Below the pieces are notes generated by a model, which saw only the letters and a program-made list of their open reading frames with translations, had not been told where the DNA came from and did no database searches. Position numbers and translations under genes: made by a program. 64,000 nucleotides of DNA from Dehalococcoidales bacterium (GTDB lineage: Bacteria > Chloroflexota > Dehalococcoidia > Dehalococcoidales > UBA1222): contig JAEESL010000002.1 of NCBI GenBank assembly GCA_016286345.1, positions 7,051 to 71,050 of the forward strand, given 5' to 3'. This document shows positions 1-9,255 of this stretch, piece after piece; position 1 is the stretch's first letter; each line of letters opens with the position of its first letter.

Positions 1-259
1 GCATTTCAAAGAATGTCATGTGGCTTGCATCACCTACTGACTCGATATCAGTGGTCCTGAAACACTTCTGTACTGTTGTGATCCTGTGACAGGGAGGTTC
101 TTCCTGACCCATAAAGAACGGTTTCATCTGAACCATACCTGCAGTTGTGAGCAGCAGTGTCGGATCATTATGGGGAATCAGAGATGATGAAGGCATGATC
201 AGATGACCATGCTCGACAAAAAAATTAAGGAATGTATTCCTGACTTCTTCACTCGTCAT
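1..259 (-). CDS. alaS: alanine--tRNA ligase, N-terminal fragment (gene continues past the left edge of the window)
   Basis: Not in the ORF track because it is open-ended. My minus-strand translation from the ATG at 259..257 gives [84 protein letters not shown]. This is the canonical class-II AlaRS N-terminus (HNDPTLL.T.AGM, QKC.R..D...VG...H.TFFEM). Confidence 0.85.
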   Translation of the reverse strand, partial: MTSEEVRNTFLNFFVEHGHLIMPSSSLIPHNDPTLLLTTAGMVQMKPFFMGQEEPPCHRITTVQKCFRTTDIESVGDASHMTFFEM

Positions 260-354
260 TTTTTTCATTTTTTTATATACCGGTCCTATTAAAAACAGTA
301 GTTCATATATTACCACTAAATGGCTGATTATCGGAATTTTGGAAATGAAATAAT

Positions 355-855
355 TCAGGCTTTGTTCAGATAAAGCTTATACAGTGCGAATGCAGTATTC
401 CCGGGAAGATCGGGATATATCTTGTCTTTGACTTCTGCGGCAGGCGTCCATTCGGCAGAGTCGACTTCAGATGAAAGACTGAACGGAGCTTTCTTCACGT
501 ATCCTATAAAACCATGCATAAGGATCTCGTTCCTGGGAAACCAGAAAGTACCGCAATTCTCAAGTGATTCCAGTTTAAGACCTATCTCTTCCTCAACTTC
601 ACGATACGCAGTCTCTTCAGCTGTTTCTCCGGGTTTGATATACCCTGAAACAAATGTGCAGTATTTGTCTGACAGATAGCTTTGTCTGAGCAGTGCTATT
701 TCACGGAATTCATTGGCGACAAGAATTATCGAGCAATCAGCAAAAGTGTCAAACCAGAAGCGGCTGCAGACATTGCAGAATGGAGTATCTCCGTCATCCC
801 CTGCTTCTTTTAATATCAGCTTTTCTCCGCATTGCGGACAATACTTATATCTCAA
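355..855 (-). CDS. NUDIX hydrolase with N-terminal zinc ribbon (NudC-like architecture)
   Basis: 166-aa ORF. It has an N-terminal CPQCG...CNVC zinc ribbon followed by a Nudix box, [23 protein letters not shown] (G-x5-E-x7-REVxEExG). Confidence 0.85.
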   Translation of the reverse strand: MRYKYCPQCGEKLILKEAGDDGDTPFCNVCSRFWFDTFADCSIILVANEFREIALLRQSYLSDKYCTFVSGYIKPGETAEETAYREVEEEIGLKLESLENCGTFWFPRNEILMHGFIGYVKKAPFSLSSEVDSAEWTPAAEVKDKIYPDLPGNTAFALYKLYLNKA

Positions 856-877
856 TGCCGTAACCTTTCAAATACTT

Positions 878-1762
878 TCAGGCATTATTGTCAGGCAGTT
901 TTTTGAGCTCCTCAACGAGCTCTGCCATGAAGCGAAGCGTATCACTTCTGAACTTATCATATCCTTCAGGATGTTCAGTACCCATAGCATTAATATGATT
1001 GCCTTCGGTGAATCCCAGAGATATCTGGAACCACTCACAGTTATTATAATCAACCGCACTCTTGTGGTAATAGCTCCATCTGACAATGTTGTTATCTTCT
1101 ATTATCTTAAGGTAGTCCGGAAATCTCAGCACAGAATCGGACACTTTTCCATAGTACCTGTATTTGCCCTGAGGGAAAAACTCTCCGCTCACCGAGCTGA
1201 TATCTATATCAACATTATTTTCTCTTATTTCTTCGGCAGTGATGAATATTTCGTACCTGTCATGGCCTGACTTTCCATTCTGAATGAAGTTGATCATAAT
1301 GGATTTCAGTTCCCCTGAAATTCCCTCATCTATCTTTTCCTGGATCTTCTTCTGAAGAAGCTTCTCAGTATATGGTTCAAACAAAGATCTTATCTTACCT
1401 ACAAAATCCGAGTATCCAGCCGGAAAAGAATTGCTGCCTCTGGCATAAAGAGATCTACCGTCATTGAAACATATTTCCAGTGAAAAACCGTCCCCATCCA
1501 GAACATGACGATTGGTTTTACTGAAACCGTCCCATTTTTTGATCTTGTCCTTGACATAATAATCATTCAGTTTTTCAAGGATATCATTACCGATCTCACA
1601 GGACATAGTCTCAAACTCTCTGTGCTGATCATCTTCAAATTCAAATATAACTTTGCCACCTTTATTTTTAACGGTGTAGGAATAGGAACATGCTCCAAAA
1701 GGATTGCTGTAATTGAACCGGAATTCTTTTATTCCGCTTTTATTCTCTTTTTTGATGAACAT
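878..1762 (-). CDS. hypothetical protein with internal two-fold duplication
   Basis: 294-aa ORF with no family I recognise. The two halves share a block (GFSLEICFNDGRSLYARGSNSFPAGYSDF vs WFQISLGFTEGNHINAMGTEHPEGYDKF). Confidence 0.5.
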   Translation of the reverse strand: MFIKKENKSGIKEFRFNYSNPFGACSYSYTVKNKGGKVIFEFEDDQHREFETMSCEIGNDILEKLNDYYVKDKIKKWDGFSKTNRHVLDGDGFSLEICFNDGRSLYARGSNSFPAGYSDFVGKIRSLFEPYTEKLLQKKIQEKIDEGISGELKSIMINFIQNGKSGHDRYEIFITAEEIRENNVDIDISSVSGEFFPQGKYRYYGKVSDSVLRFPDYLKIIEDNNIVRWSYYHKSAVDYNNCEWFQISLGFTEGNHINAMGTEHPEGYDKFRSDTLRFMAELVEELKKLPDNNA

Positions 1763-1805
1763 AAATTCACCTCCGTATCATAGGCAGCCATTTTTGTACG
1801 GAAAA

Positions 1806-2813
1806 TCAGGCTTCACAGAGCTCAGAGATCAGGACCATGACGGCAGTATCGGGATCCATCTGTCCAGTCTTGGTCTTTACATCGGCATCAAGGACTTTGC
1901 GGTAAAATCCTTCAAGCTGGGAAACAGAAAATCCCTTGGCCTGTGCAACAGGGTCTTTGATCTGGAATGAAGACAATTTTGTAACTGACAGAAGTTTTGC
2001 TCCGGTGTATCCCTCTTCCATCCACATCTTGACCCGCATGACTTTTCTCATCTGGGTTACGATCATGCTGAGCAGATAATAACCGTTGGCGCCTGTGCCT
2101 GTGATCCTTGTGTAATAGTTCATTGCTGTCTTCAGATCTTTGCCGAGAGTAGCATTGAGAAGTTTCCAGATATCATCCTGCTGACCGATTTCGGGAACCA
2201 TGCAGATGATATCCTTTTCGGTTATCTCCTGTCCGTTTTTGTAGATAAGGAGCTTATCGATATTGTTGCTCAGTGCCCACAGGTCACTTGAGAGATAATA
2301 CTTAAGTTTTTCCACGGCAGATGCGCTTATCCTGCCTCCGTTTTCTGCTACATATGACCTGATCCATTCTGAGAGTTTATTTTCAGAAACAGGAGCAAAA
2401 TTCTTGATATTTATATCTGAGATCCCGTCAAAAAGAGCTTTTGTGACCGCAGATGCCTTTGCTGATGATGAAAGTGCTCCATCCGTCAATACAAGGACTG
2501 TCGTCGGACAGATATCATTCTTCATTACACTGTTGAACTGTACGGGCAGAGAAAGAGAGTCATCATTCTTTTTTGATGCCTTTCCCTTTTCAGCCTGAAG
2601 CCTTTTTAAAAGGTCTTCAACGATCACAAGACGGTACTGCCCAAGGAACGGCATAGACTGAACGTAGTTGCGCAGTTCATCAGGGGTCACCTTGCTCCCG
2701 TCAAGTATGGTGGTATTGTTCTGAAGAGCATCCTGATCCCCCAGTCCGTCTTTGATCTTTTTCAAAGCATGTCTGGCTGAATATGTATCCTCGCCATAAA
2801 TGAAGTAGATCAT
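1806..2813 (-). CDS. holA: DNA polymerase III subunit delta
   Basis: 335-aa ORF. The N-terminus (MIYFIYGEDTYSARHAL), the length and the helical C-terminal half resemble the HolA family. This is family resemblance only. Confidence 0.7.
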   Translation of the reverse strand: MIYFIYGEDTYSARHALKKIKDGLGDQDALQNNTTILDGSKVTPDELRNYVQSMPFLGQYRLVIVEDLLKRLQAEKGKASKKNDDSLSLPVQFNSVMKNDICPTTVLVLTDGALSSSAKASAVTKALFDGISDINIKNFAPVSENKLSEWIRSYVAENGGRISASAVEKLKYYLSSDLWALSNNIDKLLIYKNGQEITEKDIICMVPEIGQQDDIWKLLNATLGKDLKTAMNYYTRITGTGANGYYLLSMIVTQMRKVMRVKMWMEEGYTGAKLLSVTKLSSFQIKDPVAQAKGFSVSQLEGFYRKVLDADVKTKTGQMDPDTAVMVLISELCEA

Positions 2814-2822
2814 TTACTATTC

Positions 2823-4535
2823 CTATGCTGCTGTCTGAGACTCTCCGTCAAGCAGATTTTTTCCGTTCGGGTCTGTCTGTTTGATGAGCTTGTCAAGAAG
2901 ACCTGCTGCAACCCAGAAGAGCGGGGAAATGATGGGAACTGAGAAGCTGAAGAAAGCATGGATTGAATAAGCTAAAACACTTCCTGCAAACAGGAGAATG
3001 AGAGGGTTTTTGCTCATATTCTTAACGCTTCTTACAGCCAGAGTAACCAGGAAAGCGATGTAAAGCAGGAGTGACGGAATACCGGTATTGGAAGCGATCT
3101 GCAGATAATCATTGTGGGCACAATCATAGTACCAGTTGATATCGAACAGCTGCTGGAATCTGGCACTGTTCTCTGCAAATGCTGCCTTGAATGTATCAGG
3201 ACCGGTTCCAAGCCACGGCCACTGAGGAATAAGTTTAAGGGTTTCTTTCCATACCCAGCCTCGATGACTGCCGAAGGTATCATTGAGATGTCCATGGAAC
3301 AGCTGGCTGAGTTCTCCGAGCATTCCCGGAGCACCGTAATATCTGGCATAAATGAATACAACTACTCCCACGACTGCAACTCCGTAAACCGCTGCAATGG
3401 TGATCCTGTACTGTTTAGGAGAGAAATTCAGTTTGTTGACCGCAGTCTGAACCTTCAGAAGTGCCGGGCTGGCAGAAGCACTGAATTTATAATCCTTGAA
3501 GAAGTAATAAAGCCATACAATTGCGACTGCAAATGCAAGGACCAGACTGATCTTAGCTAAGCCGCCGAATGCAAGACCGATCTTGACAGAGCCTTCGACC
3601 ATCGTCACAGGGAATACCTTATATACAAACAACGTCAGACAGGCAGCGAATATCAGTTCAAGGACTCTGCGTCTGTTTTTATTATTGTTGAAGAGAACGA
3701 GTACAAGTACTGCAAGAGCAGCCAGGCCGCCGACCTTGCCGCTGTCCGCATCACCGATGATCTCTGTCATAAGGACCATTACAAAGGCGGGAAGAAGGAA
3801 ATAGAATCTATATTTTCCGTCAAACAGAACATATGCCGCAAAGAATGTGGGGACGACGAGTGCAAAGTAAGCGGAAACCACATCGATATTACCCATTGTA
3901 GATAAGAACTGGGTATTTCTGTATGTATACCCTTCCGGGAAAAGATTAAGAGGATTCATTCCAAGGTACTGGCCGAAAGCAATTATAGAGTAGATGATAG
4001 AAGCGACAGCCAGGGAATAGATAACCGCTTTATGATATTTTCCGAAATGAGACAGAAGAACAAAAATCATTACATATATCATCGTTGCGAAGAAACCTTC
4101 GTAACGACCCTGTCCTACCCAGACATCGGAACCGTACTGTGAGGCGATTGCCGAGATCAGACAGACGAGCAGGTAACCGAGAATGCATAACTGGGGGACC
4201 GAGAAGCTTTTGATCAGCTTTTCCTTATCAAAATGGATCTTTCCCTGGAGCGCCTGCATAACAGCCAGCATGACCAGACAGCCTGCAAAGATCGCAAACA
4301 TGATCACATACTCAAGCCACTTTACGTGGTTCATGTCTGTATACAGGGTCTTGCTGAAAAACAGCGTGAATACTGTGAACATCAGGAGGGCATAGCCCAT
4401 GCCTATCCATTCATAAGGAGTTGTGCTCCACGGGTTTAAGAGAAACTTTCCGTCCTGAAACAGTTCAGTAAAACTGTTGGAAGAACGGCTTTGTTTCTTT
4501 TCTGGTTTAACGTTTTTGTTCTTTTTTGAGCTCAT
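2823..4535 (-). CDS. O-antigen ligase (Wzy_C) family polytopic membrane protein
   Basis: Many hydrophobic segments plus the Wzy_C-type loop CAHNDYLQIASNTGIPSLLLY. I moved the start to the ATG at 4535 (MSSKKNKNVKPEKK); the ORF-track start at 4610 adds a non-membrane leader. The start is uncertain. Confidence 0.6.
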   Translation of the reverse strand: MSSKKNKNVKPEKKQSRSSNSFTELFQDGKFLLNPWSTTPYEWIGMGYALLMFTVFTLFFSKTLYTDMNHVKWLEYVIMFAIFAGCLVMLAVMQALQGKIHFDKEKLIKSFSVPQLCILGYLLVCLISAIASQYGSDVWVGQGRYEGFFATMIYVMIFVLLSHFGKYHKAVIYSLAVASIIYSIIAFGQYLGMNPLNLFPEGYTYRNTQFLSTMGNIDVVSAYFALVVPTFFAAYVLFDGKYRFYFLLPAFVMVLMTEIIGDADSGKVGGLAALAVLVLVLFNNNKNRRRVLELIFAACLTLFVYKVFPVTMVEGSVKIGLAFGGLAKISLVLAFAVAIVWLYYFFKDYKFSASASPALLKVQTAVNKLNFSPKQYRITIAAVYGVAVVGVVVFIYARYYGAPGMLGELSQLFHGHLNDTFGSHRGWVWKETLKLIPQWPWLGTGPDTFKAAFAENSARFQQLFDINWYYDCAHNDYLQIASNTGIPSLLLYIAFLVTLAVRSVKNMSKNPLILLFAGSVLAYSIHAFFSFSVPIISPLFWVAAGLLDKLIKQTDPNGKNLLDGESQTAA

Positions 4536-4677
4536 CTTAACGACCTTTATATAAAACTTGTCATCAGATAGTAGTATAACATGACAGCATTGTTTAAAAG
4601 TAATGTGCAATTATATAAAAAAAGGATTATTGGTTATAATGGTTAAATTGAACTGATTATTCACAACGGAGACAGAT

Positions 4678-5619
4678 ATGTTTGAACCCTTAACACCGAA
4701 AATAGATATGTCTAAAATGCCTGCTCCTGAAAAGGCTCCGGGGTATATTGAAGAAATCGATCTCACCTTCAGGGAGGGGATCGTAAAAAAACAGATCGAA
4801 TCGATCAGGACTATGGTCCTTGAAGGTAATTTTGATGAAGCACTTCCTCTGATGGAAGGACAGCTGCCTATAGTAGAGGAATTTGAAAAAAAACATCAGG
4901 ATACCGAAGATAAGATTTACAGGATCTTTTATGAACCGATGGAGGAAGTCCTCTACAATGAGGTTTTCAAGCCTGAAGTCGAAGCCAAACCTCTTCCCTC
5001 TCTCAGCATTGAGGCATATCTTCTTTATGCAAGCATACTGTCACACTTCAAACGATATGATGAAGCTCTTGAAAACTTTGACAAGGCATTGAAAAGAAAC
5101 CCTGTTGAACACAGAGCCACCATCCAGAAGCTTGAGATATACAAGATACAGAAGAATCTGGATCTTTTATACGAAGACACCAAAAAGGCATTCAAATTTA
5201 TCTTTCATCCTGAGGACATTGCCAGACTTCACAGAAATCTCGGTTATTACTTTATTGAAAAGCAGAAATATCCGGAAGCTCTTTCATGCTATGCCATGAG
5301 CAGATCCTTCGAAAACTCCAAACTTGCCGTACAGGAAATGCAGTACATCATGAATGTTACGAAGGGCAATGTAAAAGTTCCTACACTGGAGGAAGCAAGG
5401 ATACTGGCTGCCAAGGGCGGCTATCCTCTCGGAATAGATGAACACATCCTTCCTCTGGCCAATGAAAACGCAAAGAAACACATGGAAAAGGGTCAGACTG
5501 CAAAGGCCAAGTACTTCCTGGAAGTCATATATTCCATCACTCATCAGGAATCGATCAAGAAAATTATCGATGAGATCGATGAACAGACCAGGAAAAACAA
5601 GGCAAAAGCAAACGGATAA
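4678..5619 (+). CDS. TPR-like repeat protein, function unknown
   Basis: 313-aa ORF. Helical repeat segments such as YDEALENFDKALKRNPVEHRATIQKLEIY and YPEALSCYAMSRSF look TPR-like. Confidence 0.45.
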   Translation: MFEPLTPKIDMSKMPAPEKAPGYIEEIDLTFREGIVKKQIESIRTMVLEGNFDEALPLMEGQLPIVEEFEKKHQDTEDKIYRIFYEPMEEVLYNEVFKPEVEAKPLPSLSIEAYLLYASILSHFKRYDEALENFDKALKRNPVEHRATIQKLEIYKIQKNLDLLYEDTKKAFKFIFHPEDIARLHRNLGYYFIEKQKYPEALSCYAMSRSFENSKLAVQEMQYIMNVTKGNVKVPTLEEARILAAKGGYPLGIDEHILPLANENAKKHMEKGQTAKAKYFLEVIYSITHQESIKKIIDEIDEQTRKNKAKANG

Positions 5620-6438
5620 CTATTTGTTCCAGCTGAAGAGAACCCAGGTCGTATCTTTCTTTTGATATAAATACCCGTCTCTTTTCTCGAGCTTTTCGTC
5701 CAGAAGTTCCATGACTTTTTTGCTGGTGGGAGTATCGATATCGCGGCTTCGGACTATCTGAAAGAAGGCATCCTCAAGAGATGAAAACTCTTTTTCCCTT
5801 TTCAGAGTGAATGTCCTGACGTCCGGATGTATCCCCATGCCCTCTATGACGTTATAAAGAATGGCGTGTTCAGGAGAGTAATCGATATCGATATTCATGA
5901 TCTCGGATATCTGACGGTCCAGCGGATCATTGCCTCTGACTCTCCAAGTTATGTGACATGATTTCAAAGCCACCTCATTCATAAGCCAGATGCTTCTTTT
6001 TATATCACTGCCTCCTGGTATTGAACGAGATGCGATTGCGACATCACAGCGCGGAAGATCTTTAGGTTCGAGTTTGATCCAGTCACCCTGAATCGGAGTG
6101 ATATTATTCAGATTCTCTTCTTCAGCCTGCGCCATTACGACTTTAAGCGCTTCAGTGGATAGATCGACGCCGTAAACCTTTAAAGCGATCTTGGCAAGCG
6201 GTATCGTCAATGCACCTGTACCGGTGCCCACATCCATAACAGTATCCTCAGGATCGATATGAATAAGGGGCAGAAGCATCTCAACATATCTGCTGTGCTT
6301 TGCCTTCGGTTTGATCTTGCGTGCCCAGTCATCCCAGAAACCCGAGTTCTGAGTTTTGTAGGTATGCTGGACCTGTTTCTGCCAGAAGGATGCCCAGTCA
6401 ATATCATTAATACTGTTTATACTGTTGAATATATCCAT
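5620..6438 (-). CDS. class I SAM-dependent methyltransferase
   Basis: 272-aa ORF with motif I VMDVGTGTGALT and the acidic residue after beta-2 (VYGVDLS). Confidence 0.75.
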   Translation of the reverse strand: MDIFNSINSINDIDWASFWQKQVQHTYKTQNSGFWDDWARKIKPKAKHSRYVEMLLPLIHIDPEDTVMDVGTGTGALTIPLAKIALKVYGVDLSTEALKVVMAQAEEENLNNITPIQGDWIKLEPKDLPRCDVAIASRSIPGGSDIKRSIWLMNEVALKSCHITWRVRGNDPLDRQISEIMNIDIDYSPEHAILYNVIEGMGIHPDVRTFTLKREKEFSSLEDAFFQIVRSRDIDTPTSKKVMELLDEKLEKRDGYLYQKKDTTWVLFSWNK

Positions 6439-6447
6439 AATTAACTG

Positions 6448-6867
6448 TTAAAACTCCTCGCTGACTTCGGAATCAAAATCATTTTCCAGTCTGTCACGAA
6501 GTTCCTTGTAAAGATTGATCGCCTTATGTCCTGCTTCAGTCACAACTGCCTTTCCTCCGCCGACTCCACCTGTATTCTTTGTCACCAGCGGTTCTTCGGA
6601 CAACTGGTTCATCGCATCGACCCACAACCAGGCATTTGAATATGTGAGATTCATTGATCTTGCAGCTGCAGCAATAGACCCAAGCCGGTCAATCTCTTCA
6701 AGAAGTTTTGCCCTTCCGCCTCCGATGAACAGCTGGCCGTCTTTTTCGACCCACAAAGCGGTGTGGACACTGTATCCTTCAATGGGATGTCTTCCAAATC
6801 TGGAAGGTTTTCTGATGTTCTTTTTGCCTTCTCCCATGATAAGTCCCTCAACTTTCATAAGACTCAT
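6448..6867 (-). CDS. ModE N-terminal-domain-like winged-HTH regulator
   Basis: RAKLLEEIDRLGSIAAAARSMNLTYSNAWLWVDAMNQLSEEPLVTKNTGGVGGGKAVVTEAGHKAI matches the ModE-type HTH domain pattern (GSIsaAAr..sYs.AW..vd.mN....ePLv....GG.gGGga.lT.aG). There is no C-terminal Mop domain. Confidence 0.7.
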   Translation of the reverse strand: MSLMKVEGLIMGEGKKNIRKPSRFGRHPIEGYSVHTALWVEKDGQLFIGGGRAKLLEEIDRLGSIAAAARSMNLTYSNAWLWVDAMNQLSEEPLVTKNTGGVGGGKAVVTEAGHKAINLYKELRDRLENDFDSEVSEEF

Positions 6868-7021
6868 GCCATGGCGGTATTTTAGAAAAGATAACGGTCA
6901 GTGTCAATATAACTGTCATTATTTACAAGCATAAATCAATGAATCACTCCTTGACAGAGAGACGGACATATTATTTAATGTTTAATCATTTAAGCAATTA
7001 TGCAGATAATGGAGTATTGAT

Positions 7022-7357
7022 ATGTGCAGTGTTATAAATGAAGAACTGGTAAATAAAGTAAAGAAAAGCCTTCCTCCGGATGACAACTTTACTCTTGTAG
7101 CCGAGACCTTCGGAGCAATGTCGGATTCCAACCGCGCAAAGATCATGTTCGCGATCGAAGACCGAGAACTGTGCGTTTCAGATCTTGCGGCTATCATCAA
7201 CGTCACTGATTCAGCAGTTTCCCAGCATCTCCGCATCCTGAGGAATCTGCGCCTGGTGAAAGCCAGAAAAGAAGGCCGTTCCATTTACTATTCACTTGAT
7301 GATGACCATATAAGTAAACTGCTCCATGTCTGTCTTGACCATACAAAGGACGGATAA
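7022..7357 (+). CDS. ArsR/SmtB family metalloregulator
   Basis: 111-aa ORF. It has SDSNRAKIMFAIEDRELCVSDLAAIINVTDSAVSQHLRILRNLRLVKARKEGRSIYYSL, including the ELCV metal-site motif and the SxxSQHL recognition helix. Confidence 0.85.
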   Translation: MCSVINEELVNKVKKSLPPDDNFTLVAETFGAMSDSNRAKIMFAIEDRELCVSDLAAIINVTDSAVSQHLRILRNLRLVKARKEGRSIYYSLDDDHISKLLHVCLDHTKDG

Positions 7358-7358
7358 T

Positions 7359-9215
7359 ATGGAAGAGCACGAAGAAGAACAAAGCCCATTACTGGTTGCC
7401 AGACTTATAATATCGGTCGTTTTGTTCGCTGCAGGTATCATCCTCGAACACAATGATCTGTCTTTTTATATTTATTTCTACATTGCTGCCCTGATACTGA
7501 GCGGATTTGAAGTCATACTCAGTGCTGTTAAAAGCACTTTAAAATTCTCCTTCTTTGATGAAAAGCAGCTTATGACGATAGCTGCCATCGGCGCCTGCTG
7601 TATCGGAAAAGTCGAAGAGTCAGCAGCTGTAATGATCCTTTATTCCGTCGGTGAATTCCTTGAGGATTATATTACAGATAAATCAAAGGACACTATCAGA
7701 GATCTTTTATCATCGGCTCCGTCAACAGCACATACCATCACGGATATCGAAAATACTCATAATATCACGGATGTTTCTCCTGAAGATGTCGAGGTGGGCA
7801 CTCTTCTCATCATCAAACCCGGCGAGAAAATACCTCTGGACGGCATTGTGATCAAAGGAGAAAGCACTGTCGATACATCATCGCTGACCGGCGAATCACT
7901 TCCTATGCCCTGCTCTCCCGATACCAAGGTACTCTCAGGTATGATCAACCAGAACGGATCTCTGATCGTTAAAACTTCCTGTCTTTTCGAAGATACTTCC
8001 ATGGCAAGGATCATTAAGCTCGTAAAAGAATCCGAAGAAAACAAAGCTCCGGCCGAAAAGTTCATTACACGCTTTGCAAGGGTCTATACCCCGATCATCC
8101 TCATACTTGCAGTGCTTGTTGCAGTTCTTCCTCCGCTGTTCTTCGGCGAAGAATGGAGTGACTGGATCTACAGAGCAATGACCCTTCTGGTGATCGCATG
8201 TCCCTGCGCTCTCGTAATAAGCGTTCCTCTCGGTTACTTCTGCGGTATCGGCAAAGCATCGAAGGAGGGCATCATTGTCAAAGGCGGAACACATATCGAT
8301 AACCTGGCAAAAGTAGATACGATCTTTATGGATAAGACCGGAACGCTTACTGACGGTGTGTTCCATATCATCGATATCATTACTACCGGTGATATGCCCA
8401 AAGATGAAATGATGGCTTACGCAGCCAGCGCAGAATCATTTTCGACTCATCCGCTGGCAAAATCCATCTCAGCTTCCACTGATAAAAGACTGAAAATCGA
8501 TAATGCCGTTGATATCACCGGCAAAGGCATCTGGGCGACCATCGAAGGCAGGGATGTCATTATCGGAAGCGACAAACTCTTGCACAGTGAGGATATTTTC
8601 CATGACCATGATCTGTGCAATCTCAAAGGGACCATCATTCATGTCTCTGTTGACAGGAAACATGTCGGATACATAGTTCTCAGCGACCAGCCAAGGAAAG
8701 GAATAGAAAATATCATTTCCAGACTCAAGAAACTCGGAATAAAGAAGACCGTCATGCTGACCGGAGACAACAGAGTATCCGCAGCATATGTAGCAAAATC
8801 TCTCGGAATTGATGAAGTTCATTCTGAATTAATGCCTGAAGAAAAAGTCAGCTATGTCAAAGAATCTGAAAAGAAAGGCACCAAGGCTGCATTTGTCGGA
8901 GACGGTATCAATGATGCCCCTGTTATTGCCATGACTGATGTCGGCATTGCCATGGGCGGTATGGGATCTGCAACTGCAATCGAAGCCAGCAATATCGTGA
9001 TCATGTCAGATCATCTGGCAAAACTGGCAGATATCATCAAGATCTCCCGTAAGACCAGAAGGATAGTTATTGAAAACATTGTGGTATCTCTCACTATTAA
9101 AGCTGTTTTCGTTACCCTGGCAGTACTGGGAATGGCCAATATGTGGCTTGCTGTATTTGCTGATGTCGGTGTGACGATACTGGCAATCCTTAATTCGATC
9201 AGGATCTTCAGATAA
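7359..9215 (+). CDS. heavy-metal translocating P1B-type ATPase (Cd/Zn/Co-type) lacking an N-terminal HMA domain
   Basis: Has the CPC motif (VIACPCALVISVPL), DKTGTLT, MLTGDN and VGDGINDAP. I placed the start at ATG 7359 (MEEHEEEQ), directly after the arsR stop; the ORF-track start at 7326 overlaps arsR. No CxxC HMA domain is visible. Confidence 0.9.
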   Translation: MEEHEEEQSPLLVARLIISVVLFAAGIILEHNDLSFYIYFYIAALILSGFEVILSAVKSTLKFSFFDEKQLMTIAAIGACCIGKVEESAAVMILYSVGEFLEDYITDKSKDTIRDLLSSAPSTAHTITDIENTHNITDVSPEDVEVGTLLIIKPGEKIPLDGIVIKGESTVDTSSLTGESLPMPCSPDTKVLSGMINQNGSLIVKTSCLFEDTSMARIIKLVKESEENKAPAEKFITRFARVYTPIILILAVLVAVLPPLFFGEEWSDWIYRAMTLLVIACPCALVISVPLGYFCGIGKASKEGIIVKGGTHIDNLAKVDTIFMDKTGTLTDGVFHIIDIITTGDMPKDEMMAYAASAESFSTHPLAKSISASTDKRLKIDNAVDITGKGIWATIEGRDVIIGSDKLLHSEDIFHDHDLCNLKGTIIHVSVDRKHVGYIVLSDQPRKGIENIISRLKKLGIKKTVMLTGDNRVSAAYVAKSLGIDEVHSELMPEEKVSYVKESEKKGTKAAFVGDGINDAPVIAMTDVGIAMGGMGSATAIEASNIVIMSDHLAKLADIIKISRKTRRIVIENIVVSLTIKAVFVTLAVLGMANMWLAVFADVGVTILAILNSIRIFR

Positions 9216-9220
9216 ACTTA

Positions 9221-9245
9221 AGGCCACCCTGCGGTGGCCTTTTTC
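9221..9245 (+). terminator. intrinsic terminator hairpin between the convergent P-type ATPase and radical-SAM genes
   Basis: AGGCCACC-ctgc-GGTGGCCT followed by TTTT on the plus strand. It lies 6 nt after the ATPase stop and 11 nt after the minus-strand rSAM stop, so it may act bidirectionally. Confidence 0.65.
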
Positions 9246-9255
9246 ATAAAAGCTG

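Noticed and set aside
259-354. Possible T-box or other leader upstream of alaS.
   Set aside because: Only about 95 nt separate the alaS start from the preceding gene end. That is too short for a T-box, and I saw no specifier or T-box consensus sequence.
6868-7021. ArsR operator palindrome in the divergent modE-like/arsR intergenic region (AATG-tttaat-CATT near 6978..6992).
   Set aside because: The arms are only 4-5 bp in very AT-rich DNA, which is not distinguishable from chance.
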